Below, one piece after another: positions 37,951-51,232 of a stretch of 64,000 nucleotides of DNA; position 1 is the stretch's first letter, and the number at the start of each line of letters is the position of its first letter. The position numbers and the translations under genes are program-made. The notes under the pieces were generated by a model. That model was not told where the DNA came from. It did not search any database and saw only the letters and a list, made by a program, of their open reading frames with translations. Source of the DNA: Utricularia gibba. Its lineage: Eukaryota > Plantae > Magnoliophyta. The stretch is from NCBI GenBank assembly GCA_002189035.1, contig NEEC01000015.1, positions 1,116,001 through 1,180,000 of the forward strand, written 5' to 3'.

Positions 37951-39438
37951 ATGCCACCTTCAAGCAAAGCCGATAAGAAGGCTGCTGTTGATGTAGCAGC
38001 ATGGCTGTTTAACGTAGTGACTTCAGTTGGAATTATCATTGTTAACAAGGCGTTAATGTCTATGTATGGGTTCAGCTTCGGTAAGTTTTTGTGCAGTTTG
38101 CGTGGACTTCGCTGTATATACATATATATATCTCTAGGAATGCTGCATTCTGATTTGTATCTTTGCATCAGCTACAACATTAACTGGCTTGCATTTCACC
38201 ACAACGACCCTCATGACGGCTGTTTTGAGGTGTTTGGGTTACATCCAAGGATCACACCTGCCATTGTCTGAGTTGCTGAAATTCGTTCTATTTGCAAATT
38301 TTTCGATAGTTGGGATGAATGTTAGCTTGATGTGGAACTCTGTTGGGTTTTACCAGGTAAGTATCAATGCATTTATCTATTGTAAATGGAAACAGGAGAA
38401 AAAAAAAAAAAGATAAGAGGGGTGAGAGTGTAAGCTTGAAAATCTGTTTACTGAAGGTTGTTGTTTGTTTTCTGTGAACCATCAGATTGCAAAGCTTAGC
38501 ATGATCCCTGTCTCATGCTTATTGGAAGTGGTGTTTGACAAGATACGGTATTCAAGGGATACCAAGCTTAGCATCTTAGTTGTTCTCCTAGGAGTTGGTG
38601 TGTGCACAGTTACTGATGTGAGTGTTAACACTAAAGGTTTCGCTGCAGCGTTTATTGCTGTCTGGAGCACGTCGATGCAACAGTATGTAAGTTCTGGCTG
38701 ATCCATTGGCCTAAGATATGATATAACTAAGGTTCTGCATATGTTTCCTAGTCTAGTGATGCAGTATGGCATTGGCTATGACTCATGTCTCCTCTTTCTC
38801 TTGTGGATATGGCATTTGCTATGCATATCATATCTCTATAAACCATGTCTTGAAGTGTGTTTGTTTTCATCTTGCAGTATGTTCATTTTCTTCAAAGGAA
38901 GTATTCCTTAACTTCCTTCAATCTTCTGGGGCACACTGCTCCAGCCCAAGCTGCATCTTTAGTGCTAATGGGTCCGTTTCTGGACTACTGGCTGACGAAA
39001 AAGAGAATAGATGCATACAACTTCACCTTCCCATCCATAGTAAGTGACTTCCCTTCTCATTTCAATGAACCATTGCCTTGTTACTGTGTTAATGGAACTT
39101 CACTGATTTTCCAGGCGTTTATCGTGCTTTCATGTACCATAGCCGTGGGAACCAACCTCAGCCAGTTCATTTGTATTGGTAGATTCACAGCAGTTTCATT
39201 CCAAGTCCTTGGCCATATGAAGACCATCCTAGTTTTGGTCCTTGGGTTCATATTTTTTGGAAAAGAAGGGCTGAATCTGCATGTGGTTTTTGGTATGGTG
39301 ATTGCTGTGATTGGAATGATATGGTATGGCAACGCTTCGTCAAAACCCGGCGGCAAAGAACGACGCAGTCATTCGATGTCGAGAAGCAGTCAGCAAAAGC
39401 ATGTAGCATCCTCTGAAGAAGCTGATGAAAAGGTTTAG
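37951..39438 (+). CDS. URGT: UDP-rhamnose/UDP-galactose transporter (Golgi nucleotide-sugar transporter)
   Basis: [82 protein letters not shown]; has a 5'UTR intron upstream. Confidence 0.93.
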
Positions 39439-40088
39439 TTTCTGTGTTTGAATTCATAGAGAACATTACAGTTTACAGGTGATGCTTTCTTGATTGAGAG
39501 GCGGCTTCACAACAATTAGCAAACAAGTCTCTGCATTTCTTTACTACACTTTGTTTTGTGGACTCTCTTCCCTGCTGGGGGAATCAGACATTTTGAACCA
39601 TAAGTTGCTATAGCAGTTTATCTTCGTATAACATTTGTGCAGAAATCTGTCAAGGGAACAGATTCATGGCATTTCTCAGTACCTGCAGTTACTCTTCTTT
39701 TTCATTGTTTGCTTGTAAAGATGTGCTGAGGCCCTACTAGTTGGCTCTGGGTTCTCAAAGGAGGCCAAGTGATCAACAGATGGGTTGGGGGTTTAAAATG
39801 CAGATATGTAGCTTAAAAAATGGTGAATGTCAGCGACATGGGAAATATAGTACATGTGTATTTGGTGAAAGGAAGAGAATTTATTGAAGTAGAGATTATG
39901 GAACAGGCATACACATCTATGGAAGCTAGGTTAATTGTACCAAGACAAAGAAGATGCCTGATGCAAGCGCGACGGTTGTCAACACAGCCAACCTGCAGTT
40001 GTGTACCGTCATGAGCCTATTTCACCATTGCCTGCCAAGGAAAGGAAGCCTTCAGATGGTTTACAACATACATACCCGTCGTGCGGTT

Positions 40089-43000
40089 TCAAACAGAGAC
40101 GGTGCAGCCTAATTCTTTAGCCGCAGCATCGACAAACTGGGTGGTCAGGCCGGTTGCAAGGCGACTATGCGCTTCCCAGGCTAGACATTTTTCGATATCT
40201 GAACGACAAGCATTAGAATCACAGCTTAAGGGCTGGTGTGGGCTGTGAGCATTGCTGACATCTACTCTGCTAGTTGATGGGAGGATGCTGGCTTGTAGTA
40301 TGGCACGGAGAACGGAAATGCTGAGGGCACGAACATGAGCACTTGGATGTGAAACACATCGCACTGTAGCAGGGAGGCGGCACTGAACGTACACCGGTTA
40401 AAATGTTAGAAGAAGCATGGAGCTTCACGGTTTCAAGAATTGAACTTGAAAGAGTTAATGCACCTTCAATAGGTTTGAAAGGCCATCAGCGACTGCCACG
40501 CCTGATTCTCCCATTCTATGACTGGATGGACAGCTCGAGCTGTGGCTTCCAACAGCTGTACGAATGGTCATAATGTGAATTAGTTCACGCACCACAGATT
40601 TGTAATAGTAGGGTGAACGTAAACATATCATGGCTAAGAATATTAAAGGGTGTACAAGCATCAGACTTCTTACCTCCAGCTGAGGAATAGTGCATGCTTC
40701 TCCATCCACGAGCACACCATCTGTGGCACGTAGCAACACGTCTGATGCACTTGCAAGAATTACCAATGCCTCTGGATTCTCATGACTTCTCATTAACTCC
40801 ACAAGAACTTTCACTATCCTTTGGTTGATTGTCCAAAACCTCTGACCATGATCATCATCCTTGGCAATCCAGGGTTTCAGTTCCCTCTCCGCCTGACAAA
40901 ACTCACAGCATTGATGCATATGATACAGAGATGGAAAAAAAACGTTGATTCAATAATTTGATGCAGCAATCTGACAACATTTGAACCGACTAATGCAATC
41001 ATGCTGCGTATCCCTATAAATACACAATCACAACAGCACTGACCCAAGATTTTACTAGGCATAATTAGCTCATATAACTTCCTCAGGAAATTAAACACTA
41101 ATATCAAGAAAAACAAAATCTATACCTGAAGAATAACAGCTGTAGCAGCTTTTGCGGGTGATGCTGAGACCACATTGCATAGCGCAGCCACAACCTGGAT
41201 GATTTAAAAAATTTCAGCTGTTCAGATTACCGCTAATATGCAAAGCAACGCACACTCAAGAATTTGTGCACTATCGAATAAGACAAAATTTTGACAAACA
41301 CAAAGCAAATTCGCTAACATAAAACGCTTAGGCAGCGTGTGAACCACAATTATCATCCGGAAAAAATCATATGACGCAGTACCTGTCTCCATCCTTGCTG
41401 TGCAGATGTGCTTTCCGCACTTGGTTGTGTTTCAGGGGATACTATCAATTTGTGCCAGAGGAATGAAACAACAGAGAAACATAGTTCTTGCTTTTCTGCA
41501 AGGACGGAGGTCAAAAGAACTTGGGCACTGCAATTAAAACCTATGTGCCGATCCATAGCCAAAAAGTTGGCTAAATCTGAGGCATCTGTAGGGAGACTCT
41601 CAATTCTCTTCCCTACAGGTCTTTCAGTGTCATTGGAACCACTCTTCTCATAGTTCACCAAATCTGATCTAGAAAACTTTGCGGATAGCTGTTCAGATGG
41701 GTAACCTGATTCTAACCGGTAGCAGCTAGAACATTTGTTCAGTTTTTTCCCATGAAAACATGAAGAGAATTCCTTCAGCAGCGGAGTTTGAAGCAGATGC
41801 AACTCCATTGGTTCTGCTTTATTTACTATTGATGCCACAACTTTGCTGTGAATATCAATTAGATTGAAAAGGGAAGATGCTCTTGACTGGATCTCATTGT
41901 CCCATTTGCACCTTACCAAAGCAGAAAGAGCACGCATGCATGCTTTTGAACGTCTAAACAAGTCAGAAATATGAGCTGCGACCATTGCAGCAGCCACTAT
42001 TTCATTTGAAGTGTAACTCCATGATGTACCAATAGAAGTGGGTTTCAAAGAAAAAAGGGCCTCTAAAATTGCTAGAATTCTGCGAGTATGATGAACAGCT
42101 GAATCAATACCGTTCTGTAAACTGAAAGGCTGGTCACATGCATTTCCAGGCCTCACAGTGCCACAAGCACTTTCTGCATTCACGAGATTGCCACTTTTTG
42201 ATATCAATGGGGAAAGCTGCAATTCGAAGGACAAAGCACAAATAGCAGCAATGACATAGGAATCAAAGGCAGCTACAGGTCCATGCTTCTTGCTCTGTTT
42301 AGTTTCAACTTCCATATGCCTTCTGTTAGACCCTTCAATATTTTCAGCTAATTCCTGAGATGGAAATTCACCTTTTGGCCTTTTGCTGCCATTGGGATGT
42401 GCTTCATGACTAACACACACTGTTAAAACCACAAAGAGAAGGCGAGAGGCAAGCTCAAATGAGGCATGCGATTCCAAGAACAAAGAGTGGACCATAGTTC
42501 TGAGCTCAGCCACGGCAAGATTCTTTGATGCAGAGCCAAAATCATATTTTGTTTTTCTAATCCGCTCCCTTGAAAACTCAGGAGGAAATGTTCTCTGAAC
42601 AATTGCTTCAACAGTGGCGACAAATATCTTTACTAGGCAGGTTTCTGATGGACTTCCACGGGGAAGATACTCAAGTACTTTAAGAAGAGGGATGTACAAG
42701 TTCCATGACAACACCGGAGGCTGCAAAGGTGTTGCAACTACAATTTCAGGAAGGTCAACTGCTGAAGAGCTCAACGGAATCAAGCCATAAGCAGCTTCCC
42801 AAATAGTACATATTCTCCATTGAACCTCAGGACCATGTGCACAAAGCATTGAAGCAATCCCTTGGGCAGTAGCCTCTACTGTAGCTTCTGCAGCGGGTAA
42901 CTCATTTTTCTGAAGCAAATGGGAGACAAGTTATGAAAAAATTTTAAAGATAACAATATCATTCAGGTAGATCCAACAATAAGGACCTGTTTATTTTCAG

Positions 43001-45672
43001 ATGAGGCATAACCGGCTACTTCAATTCCATCAACTTGTCTATGAGAAGGGAACAGCAAATCTGGTTGAGAAAGTATTCTAAAAAGTAAAGCAGCAGCAGA
43101 ATCTGCAGCAATTCCAGTTCCAATAGACATGGCAACCCCAATTGCACGCAAGAAATGCAGGTGCATCCAATTCCTTGGTAGCTTCAAAAACATTACGACA
43201 CAGTTAGGTATCTGCTGCTTCACTCAAAACTCAAATTAACTCAGACATACTTAAAATCTTCATACATGAATAAAACATGATTGTTGCTGTTGTGTAAATA
43301 AGAGAAATAAATTTTACCCTCATTCCAGAGGCGTATTCTTCAGCTGCTCGAAGTAGTTCCACAAGCTGCACAGCAGCATCAAGTGCATCAGGAGCCCAAG
43401 ATGGTGGAGCTTCAAGAAGACCAAGAAGTAGCCTTTGTGTTGCACTTGGAGTAGCAATTGCATAATACCTAACACAAAGAGAAACTTAATGAGCGAAAAA
43501 AAAAGTGTTTTAAGAAAGAGCACTCCGACATACTACCTGTGGAACAGACGTGCATAAGGCTCAAGGGCTGGGAGCCCAACAACAAGATGCTCATCCATTG
43601 GCGTGGTTGGAGGTGGAAGCAGAAGAGCAGGGACAGCTGCTGCTGTCAACGTTGCCGTTTCATAACATGCTAGTTCCTCATCACATACACTAAGAATAAC
43701 CCCAGCACCATTGGCAACAGCCCATCTTGGAGTGGAAGGCATAAGCTGTGGATGCTTTCCCGAACCACGCGAGAAGGCTTGAACAATTTCAATGCAAAAC
43801 TTAAGATTAGATATACATATTCCCTGACTTTTATTCAACTTCAAATTCACAGCAATTCAAACAAGAAAAGGTCACTTCAAAACTCCACAACTCATGACAG
43901 AGCAATGCTCAATACGCATTAAAGGAAACACTCCACAGTCTACATGCCATTGACTCACCATAAAACAGGTGAAAAAAAATTAAACGTAATAAAAATACTA
44001 TCCAGCAAGCTCACGAATATCTATGGAATGATTTAACCATCCATAGCATGGAAAACATAAATGAACAAGAGTGGGAAGAATATCAAGAACTTCTCTGACC
44101 AGCTGAAGGTGGCTTTAGCTCTCCAGCGGCATATTTTCCCATGACACCTCCACACCTTAAAATAATATCAAGATATCTGAGTCAGCACACCCACCACAGC
44201 AGCATAAACAGTTTTGAAGTTACATATTTAAAAGATTTAAGCATTTATTTGATCGTCAAAACCCTGTTTAGATTTCAATATATGATATGATAAATTTCTA
44301 GCAATTTATGAATACGGATTTCAATTCAAGGATATGCAATAATAACAGAATAGACCATGATGCGTGCACAGCCATCATCAATGAATCTCATTGATAAATT
44401 CAATTTTATCAGCATGTGCCTATAAACATTTCCTAAGGAACCTACCTAAGACCCTTGACATTTTTAATCAATTAACTTCCAGAAGAAAAATGAGATTTTC
44501 ACTTGATAATTAACAACTAAACATAAAAATTTATGTTTCAAAGCTTACCAACGAAAATAATCACTTCTGATACCAAGCGGGGCTGCAAGCAATATATCAG
44601 TTATCCAGAGTGATAATAGCCTCATAGGTTTCCTTTCTGGCAATGAGGAAGCAAAGGAAGGCTCTTCATGTATTGAGTTGCTAGAAGTAGCATGGTTTCC
44701 ACTGCTACTTCTATCTGCTTCAGATTCATGGCGGTCAGTCTTGTAAATTGGTCTGTTATAATGGGTTAAGATTCGTAATATCTCCCCACATGCAAGGACC
44801 CATTGCCCTGAATACTCATTCTGAGAAGAAATTATAAGTGTAAACAATTCAACACAGGAATAAAGATCATCTAAAGAACATCAGATACGCATGTGTTTCA
44901 GAACAAGTGTATGAATTATTTGGAATAGTTTTACATACCTGGCTATTAGGACAGAATAGGGAAACGAATGAACGAAATGGAGAAGCAGTCCTGTCATACT
45001 CCAGCGTACCATCAATGATGCACGAAATAATAGGGAGAATCACAGCATGCCCATGCTCTGGATGATGAAGAACAAATGATGCTGGCAAGATAAGCAAAAG
45101 TGAGATCAGTTTCCCAAGAGAAGAACGTAAATGTAAAAAAAACTTCTGTAGAAAAGTACCAAGAACATCATCAAAGAGACTGCTTCTTTGTGATGGATAA
45201 CGATTGCGGATAAGCTGAGAAACCAGAGAACATATATATTAGAAAAAATTTGAAGGAAGATCTGGATTCCACAATGGAAATGAGTATCAGAGATTCAGAA
45301 TGCTGGCATTTAATTTTCATTCTTAATTCAGTTCATACAAGTGATGCAGCTCAGCTTATAAGAAAAGAAAGTACCTCGGCTATCTCATCAGGAAATTGTT
45401 CTGAGGTAAACTGGTGAAAGTACTCGACATAAGCAGTAACTTGAGCCTGTAAAATTGGCAAGGAATTGCATGCAGAAACATTAACACTAAAAAAACATAA
45501 ACCATGACGAGAGCATAAATATCTTTAAAACGGATTAGCCAACCAGAAAAAAAAAACATATAAGAGACTGCAGTCCGTAAACCACCTTTCTCTGTTCTTC
45601 ATCTGGTGGAGGGGGCCAGAACAATGAAGAATACTGCAAACTGTCAATCCACCTCTCATTTACAGCTGCCAT
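40089..45672 (-). CDS. GI: GIGANTEA (clock/photoperiod scaffold protein)
   Basis: Starts MAAVNERWIDSLQYSSLFWPPPPD. Contains EQFPDEIAE, ACGEILRILTHYNRPIYK, TPRWAVANGAGVILSVCDEE, HGPEVQWRICTIWEAAYGL and ELKPWIAKDDD, and ends AAAKELGCTVSV*. Confidence 0.97.
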
Positions 45673-46667
45673 GAACCTTTATATGCAAACAAGGATGATA
45701 TGCTACACCATACGAGTTTAGATTCCCAAATGTGCTTCGACTTTTCAAGTAATAACACCATTGTTCAGCATCCTTGCTGTCCAGATCGAACCCGCCTACG
45801 CCCACATGTCCTCTAACTTGTACTAAATCAGTAGACACGCACAAGACTACCCAAAACTTTCTTAAGTCACGAAGTTCTTCAACTCTGTGAAAGAAATATC
45901 CATAAGAATAACTAGCAAGAACATTTAGCGAGCACAAAAGCATTATAAACAGTAACCAGTTAAACGCAGTAAAGCGTAATTCTTTTTTCATAATGTCCCA
46001 GCGATCCTTGTGGCACGAAACCCGTGGCAGAAACCATAAAAAATCCTTTATTTACAAATTAATCCATTTACTGTTTATGTTGAGCTGAAATGAGAATCTT
46101 AAAACATGAAACAGCTCCCTTTACTCGTAATTTTGCATCTCCCTCCTAAATAAGACAACACTGGTATATTAAAATTTCCATCTTCCATCCATGGCGGACA
46201 CGAAAGGTTAAAACAATAATATTTTATCCACAACATCAATACAAACCAACAAAAAAAAAAAAAAAAACCCATAACACTACTCTACAACAAAATAACACGA
46301 AACGAACTTACAAAATCTAAAATCTCATGCTCTTCGCCAAAAGAGAGAGCTCTTTAGCTACAGATTCCCAAAAATTTTCAAAAACTCTCCAACAAAAATA
46401 GAAAAAAATAATAATGATCGAGCTAGATCGAACTCACCAGAAAAAAAAAAAAAAAAAAAAAAACAGCAAGCGAGCTTCAGCACACAGTTGACGGATCCCG
46501 AGGAACAAAAAGGAAATTCATGGTACCTTTTCTTGAGAGCACGATGCTTCGATTCACAGAGTGAGGAGAAGCGATGAGATTTCAAGGGGTAAGATTTCGG
46601 TGGAGTGAGATTAGAGAGAGGAAGTCGGGAACAAAGGAAATCTTTACCTGGCATTTGGTTCGAGCCT

Positions 46668-47051
46668 ACGTGGCGAAGATATTTTCCTGATGTCTCAACA
46701 TCCCATGCCCATACATCCCATGCCATCATCATGCATCCAATTTATATATTTTTTTTATTTTCATTCCGCATTTTCCCAATTTACATATTCTTTTACTGAA
46801 CCTAAAAAGCCAGCGGACAGAAGTGGTTTCAAGCTATGTTGGACACAAGAATTAGCCATGTCATAATGTATATCCATGGGACATGCGATGGGATGTATCA
46901 TGTATGCCCATACGGCATGCCATGGCAATAAGGCATCCTGGCCGAGTGGCAAGAAACTTCGATGGCCAATAAAATACGAATGTGGGTGGTCCAGGTGGGA
47001 TGACGTAAGAGAGAGAAAGTAGAATACCAGTATTCGTGTCCAAGATATTTT
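46668..47051 (-). promoter_or_regulatory. GI upstream region with two evening elements and an ABRE-like core
   Basis: AAAATATCT (as AGATATTTT on +) at 46677-46685 and 47043-47051; ACGTGGC at 46668-46674, directly beside the first evening element. Confidence 0.7.
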
Positions 47052-47679
47052 TCGATACCTTAGCAAACTATGCCCATGCATCCCAATAATCATAATGATG
47101 GTCATCGATATCCATGTCCATGAACAATAACCATCCTGTACCATTGCTTTGAATGGCTTTTTATTTTCTAGATATTCATTTTTTTTATAAATAAAAAAAT
47201 CACATTTTGCATATCTCATACTTGATATAACAAAAAATAATATCTAAAATAATCATTTTAATTACATGTATATGAAAAAAAATGGCCTCTTTTTAAAATC
47301 ACTATCCATTGTCCTTTTTCCACAGAATCAGTTCAGCTGAGTTACAAGTAAAACAGGAGGTTTGACCAAACCGACATCATAGCAACAGCAAATCAGAGAT
47401 TATAGGAGGCAGTACAATCTAAGCAATTGCCTGAAACCGATAGAAATTCAAGAAGAGATGAATCTGGAACACACTTGGGATACTTTTGGGTTCCCATTGG
47501 ATTAAGTAGAATGATGAAGATTCTTTCACAATATACACGAGTTTCTTTCTAACATAACACAATGCGTACCAGCAGCATTACTCATGAGGAATGATGGAAA
47601 CAGTCACCTGGATAAATGTTTTAAAAGTCAAACAAAATTACCAAGAGAAATAAGGCATCCGAGACTGTGAGCACAAGCA

Positions 47680-50342
47680 TCATTCTGCTGCCATCATCTG
47701 CAAGCATTTAGAACAGGCAAATGGTAAACACACACAGGAAACCTGACGATATTTAGCCTTGTTTTTTCACTAAATTACCTTAAAGAGCTCCCCGAACATT
47801 CCTGGCATAGTATTCCTGCGCTGCACACCGTAAAACTTCTCGGCTATTTCATCCAGCAACTGATCGAAAAGTTCACAGAAAAAAGCAATGGGATGAGTTA
47901 CTCAGATTTTGTGGCTGAATATAAGATGTACTGGAAAGATGGAGGAGTAGAAGGCACATACTTCACTGAAGGCGGGTCTCTATCTATGCTTGTTTTGTAC
48001 CGTTGTCTAAGCATATTGAAAAGAGGAAGGGCTTCTCTCTGCAGCCTGTAAAAAGTACAAGAGAATCACAGTTGTTTCTGAAGAAGGGGAGCCTTATGGA
48101 CTAAATTGTGGTGCAGAGTGCTGGGTTATGATTCTTCAGAAAATTCAGATGGACACAATAACGTGGGCTTACGTTTTCAAAAGATAATTGATGAATTGGA
48201 TTAACTCCGAACGTGGAAACTCAACTTCTAGGACTTGGACTTGTTGTTTCATGCAATCAATGAGCATATTAGCGTCTTTTAGATTACCTTGAGCCAAGTA
48301 CCTGATATCAGAGAAAACCCATATAAATCAGAACCATCGCAAATGGCTTCCAGCACTTTGGATAGCTAACAGAACCACTATGTTCTCTATTCAGCAATAG
48401 GAGGAATACATGTGATCTAAAGCACTTACATGAGAACTGCACGAGCAAGAAGAAGATTAACAGAACCACTATGTTCTATGGTTAGCAATGGGAGGAATTC
48501 ATCTGATCTAAAGAACTTACATGAGAACTGCACGAGCAACAACAAGATCATCTTCACCTGGATAACACTGGGTACGGACAATTAAAAAGGAGACGTGAGA
48601 TCATGTGAATCACCAAATTCTCTCAACAAAGAAAACATTCATTAGCCAACACAACCAAAAATATCAAACTTATTTATAATAATAGTTGGAGAATCAACCT
48701 TGCCCAGGAAATTTATTATGGTTGATGCAAAATGTTGTGGATCCTTTCCTCGAACAAAATGATACGACACTTTGGCCATATCCTGCAACAGGTGAAACAC
48801 AAGGGCCATGTGTGACGAGCATACTTTAGAAAATCAAATACAATAAAAAAATGTTTGATTGAATATAAAAAAACCCAGTTGTGAATAATAGAGGTAGATA
48901 GATATTCACCCATGGTAGCAAGACATTCATAAAAAAAAGGCAAATAATAAAGATTATAATAAATTTAATATTTGACATTGATAAGATGAAAAAGTTCATA
49001 TGTACCAACTCCGGGGATTCTGAATATATGTAGTCAGCTAACATGTCATGAATTTCAGGAGATCCGTTCCTCTTATGCACGCCAAATTCAATTGACCACC
49101 TAGGGAACACATGACTACTAGTCATCCACTAGATAATGTGTACGAAACTTAATCAGTTCAAGCTGCCACTTTCCAAAAATCAACAGTTTCAGAGATGCAA
49201 AAATCTCCAATGCTCGCATATTCAATCAAGAAGCAAATAGCAACCAAGGATTTTTACAACCATGTAATACCTACTTCTCGAATCAGTAATTCATCAGTCA
49301 TCAGTGAAAACCATGCTTCAGTGTCGTCAGAGAAACACGAGAAAAAAGAAACACCAGAAGACCTGATAAATAAAGCATAGCCTTACTTAATAGCAGCTTT
49401 CAAAAACGATGAGCAGCCTTCAGCACGTATTTTTGCAGCTCCAAGAGCTTCAGAAAGTTGCCGCATATCATCATCATCAGTCACATCTAAATGTTGTGGA
49501 ATAGGTATTCGAGGAAAGTTTTGGAATATTCCTTTAACACGATCTGCAATAGACCAAAAAAATCATCAAAAATCAAACCTTGAAGAATCCATGCTGAAAT
49601 AGTACATGGTAAAAACAAGGAATCCATGCTGCAAAACACATAAAATAGAAGAATGAGCAAGTAGCTGCAAACAACACTGCAAATGCAGATGAAATCTTGA
49701 AAGAAGGAAATAACCAACAAGGTCGTCACTGTATGGAAACTCTCCCTTAGTGAGTGTGTCTACAAACAACATGGCAAGTTCAGTGCCACATGTAACCTGA
49801 AAATCAAGAGAAAGAATATGGTGTATTCAGAATAAGGAAGCTTGTCCTTTTTCTACAATTTTCCTGGATGCATACATTTAAAAAAATTTGACCTGCCCAT
49901 TCTCTAACTGTACACAAGCACCAGACTGGAGAAGATCTAATGCCTCTGGAAACCTACCAACCGATATATATCTGCAGGATTCCAAAAAAGTGAAATGAAA
50001 ACGTTTCTCTCAAAAGAAAAAGGCATAAGCATGAACAACGGCTGATCCCAAGGACCATGAATTTTACCACACTACAATAAAACATTAAAGGGGTACCTTG
50101 CACTAAACGATTTGTACATCTGTTGAGCGCCATAGTAGTTGCCTTCCTCCGCAACTTTCTTGATCTTCGCAATGGTCTGCGAATTCAAATATTAAATGAC
50201 TCACACTTTAACAAAAAAAAAGGTTTCCTTAGCAGATACCAATACTTTCAAAGAATGTGGAATCACGACAACAAAAAGCAAATGCAATCCCTACCTCCTC
50301 AGCTGGCGCTAGTGCAACCCGTCTTCCCCTTTCTCGCGACAT
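47680..50342 (-). CDS. GET4: Golgi to ER traffic protein 4 homolog (tail-anchored protein targeting)
   Basis: MSRERGRR..., [80 protein letters not shown]; ends [10 protein letters not shown]|MMAAE*. Confidence 0.92.
48367..48549. repeat. Tandem 91-bp duplication spanning a GET4 exon 3' end and donor site
   Basis: Two copies beginning TAACAGAACCACTATGTTCT at 48367 and 48458; both contain ACTTACATGAGAACTGCACGAGCAA. Confidence 0.92.
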
Positions 50343-51232
50343 CAAACTAATTCTTAATCTATAAACAACAACAACAAAAAAAAGAAATATTCACAAAAGA
50401 TACCACAACTGCCAGCAAGTTTCTACCGTTCATACGACAGCAAAGAATCTAGCACACCAATCACCCAACACCAAAAATGATAAGATCCACTCTTTGAGCG
50501 ATCTTTGTAGTTATCGATCATGTATGTAAAAAAAAAAAAAAAAAAAAAAACCTGCAAAGCAAACAGCGAAGAGTGCAACAGAGAATCGCCCGAAAGAAAA
50601 TGACAATCCGGCGGTGGCAACGGAGAAACGGATTCTTCTCGCGACAACCGAGCTGTGCCAAAACTCATCGATGACCCAGAGAAACTGGGCTGGTATCAGG
50701 CCCAATTACTAGAGTCCAATATTCAGAATTTCCCCTAATAAACTTGAAAAATGACCCATTTAATTTAAAAAATGCTATTTTCCAAGAACAACAATGATGA
50801 TAGATAATTAATTTTAAAATATAAAATATTTATTTATATTAAACAAAATCAATATTTGCTTTAGTACAAAATGGTGTTTAGTATTATCAATTTTTTTTAT
50901 CAACAATATTTAGTAAGATCAGTTATCAAGATAATTTATTTATTTACTTTTTGATTTATTTTGAAATATTAACTATAAAAAAACATATCATCCTTCTTAT
51001 TACAAAAGGTTTTTTTTCTAACTATTAGTTTTATTTCTACTTTTTTTAATCAACACAGTTATTTAACTTATTTAATAAGGATATTTTGATAATATTTTAT
51101 ATAAATAATTTATAACTATTTAAATTTATATTTTGATTACATTTTTTATTTTAATGTTTACAAATAACATTTTTTTTGCAAAGTAAAATTAAAAAAGAAA
51201 AAAAAACTATATACTTTTATACCTCCAGGATC

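Noticed and set aside
36936-46712. The same 13-mer (ATGGGCATGGGAT, gene-sense) upstream of URGT and GI
   Set aside because: On the order of 100 shared 13-mer pairs are expected by chance in 64 kb on both strands, so one pair is not significant.
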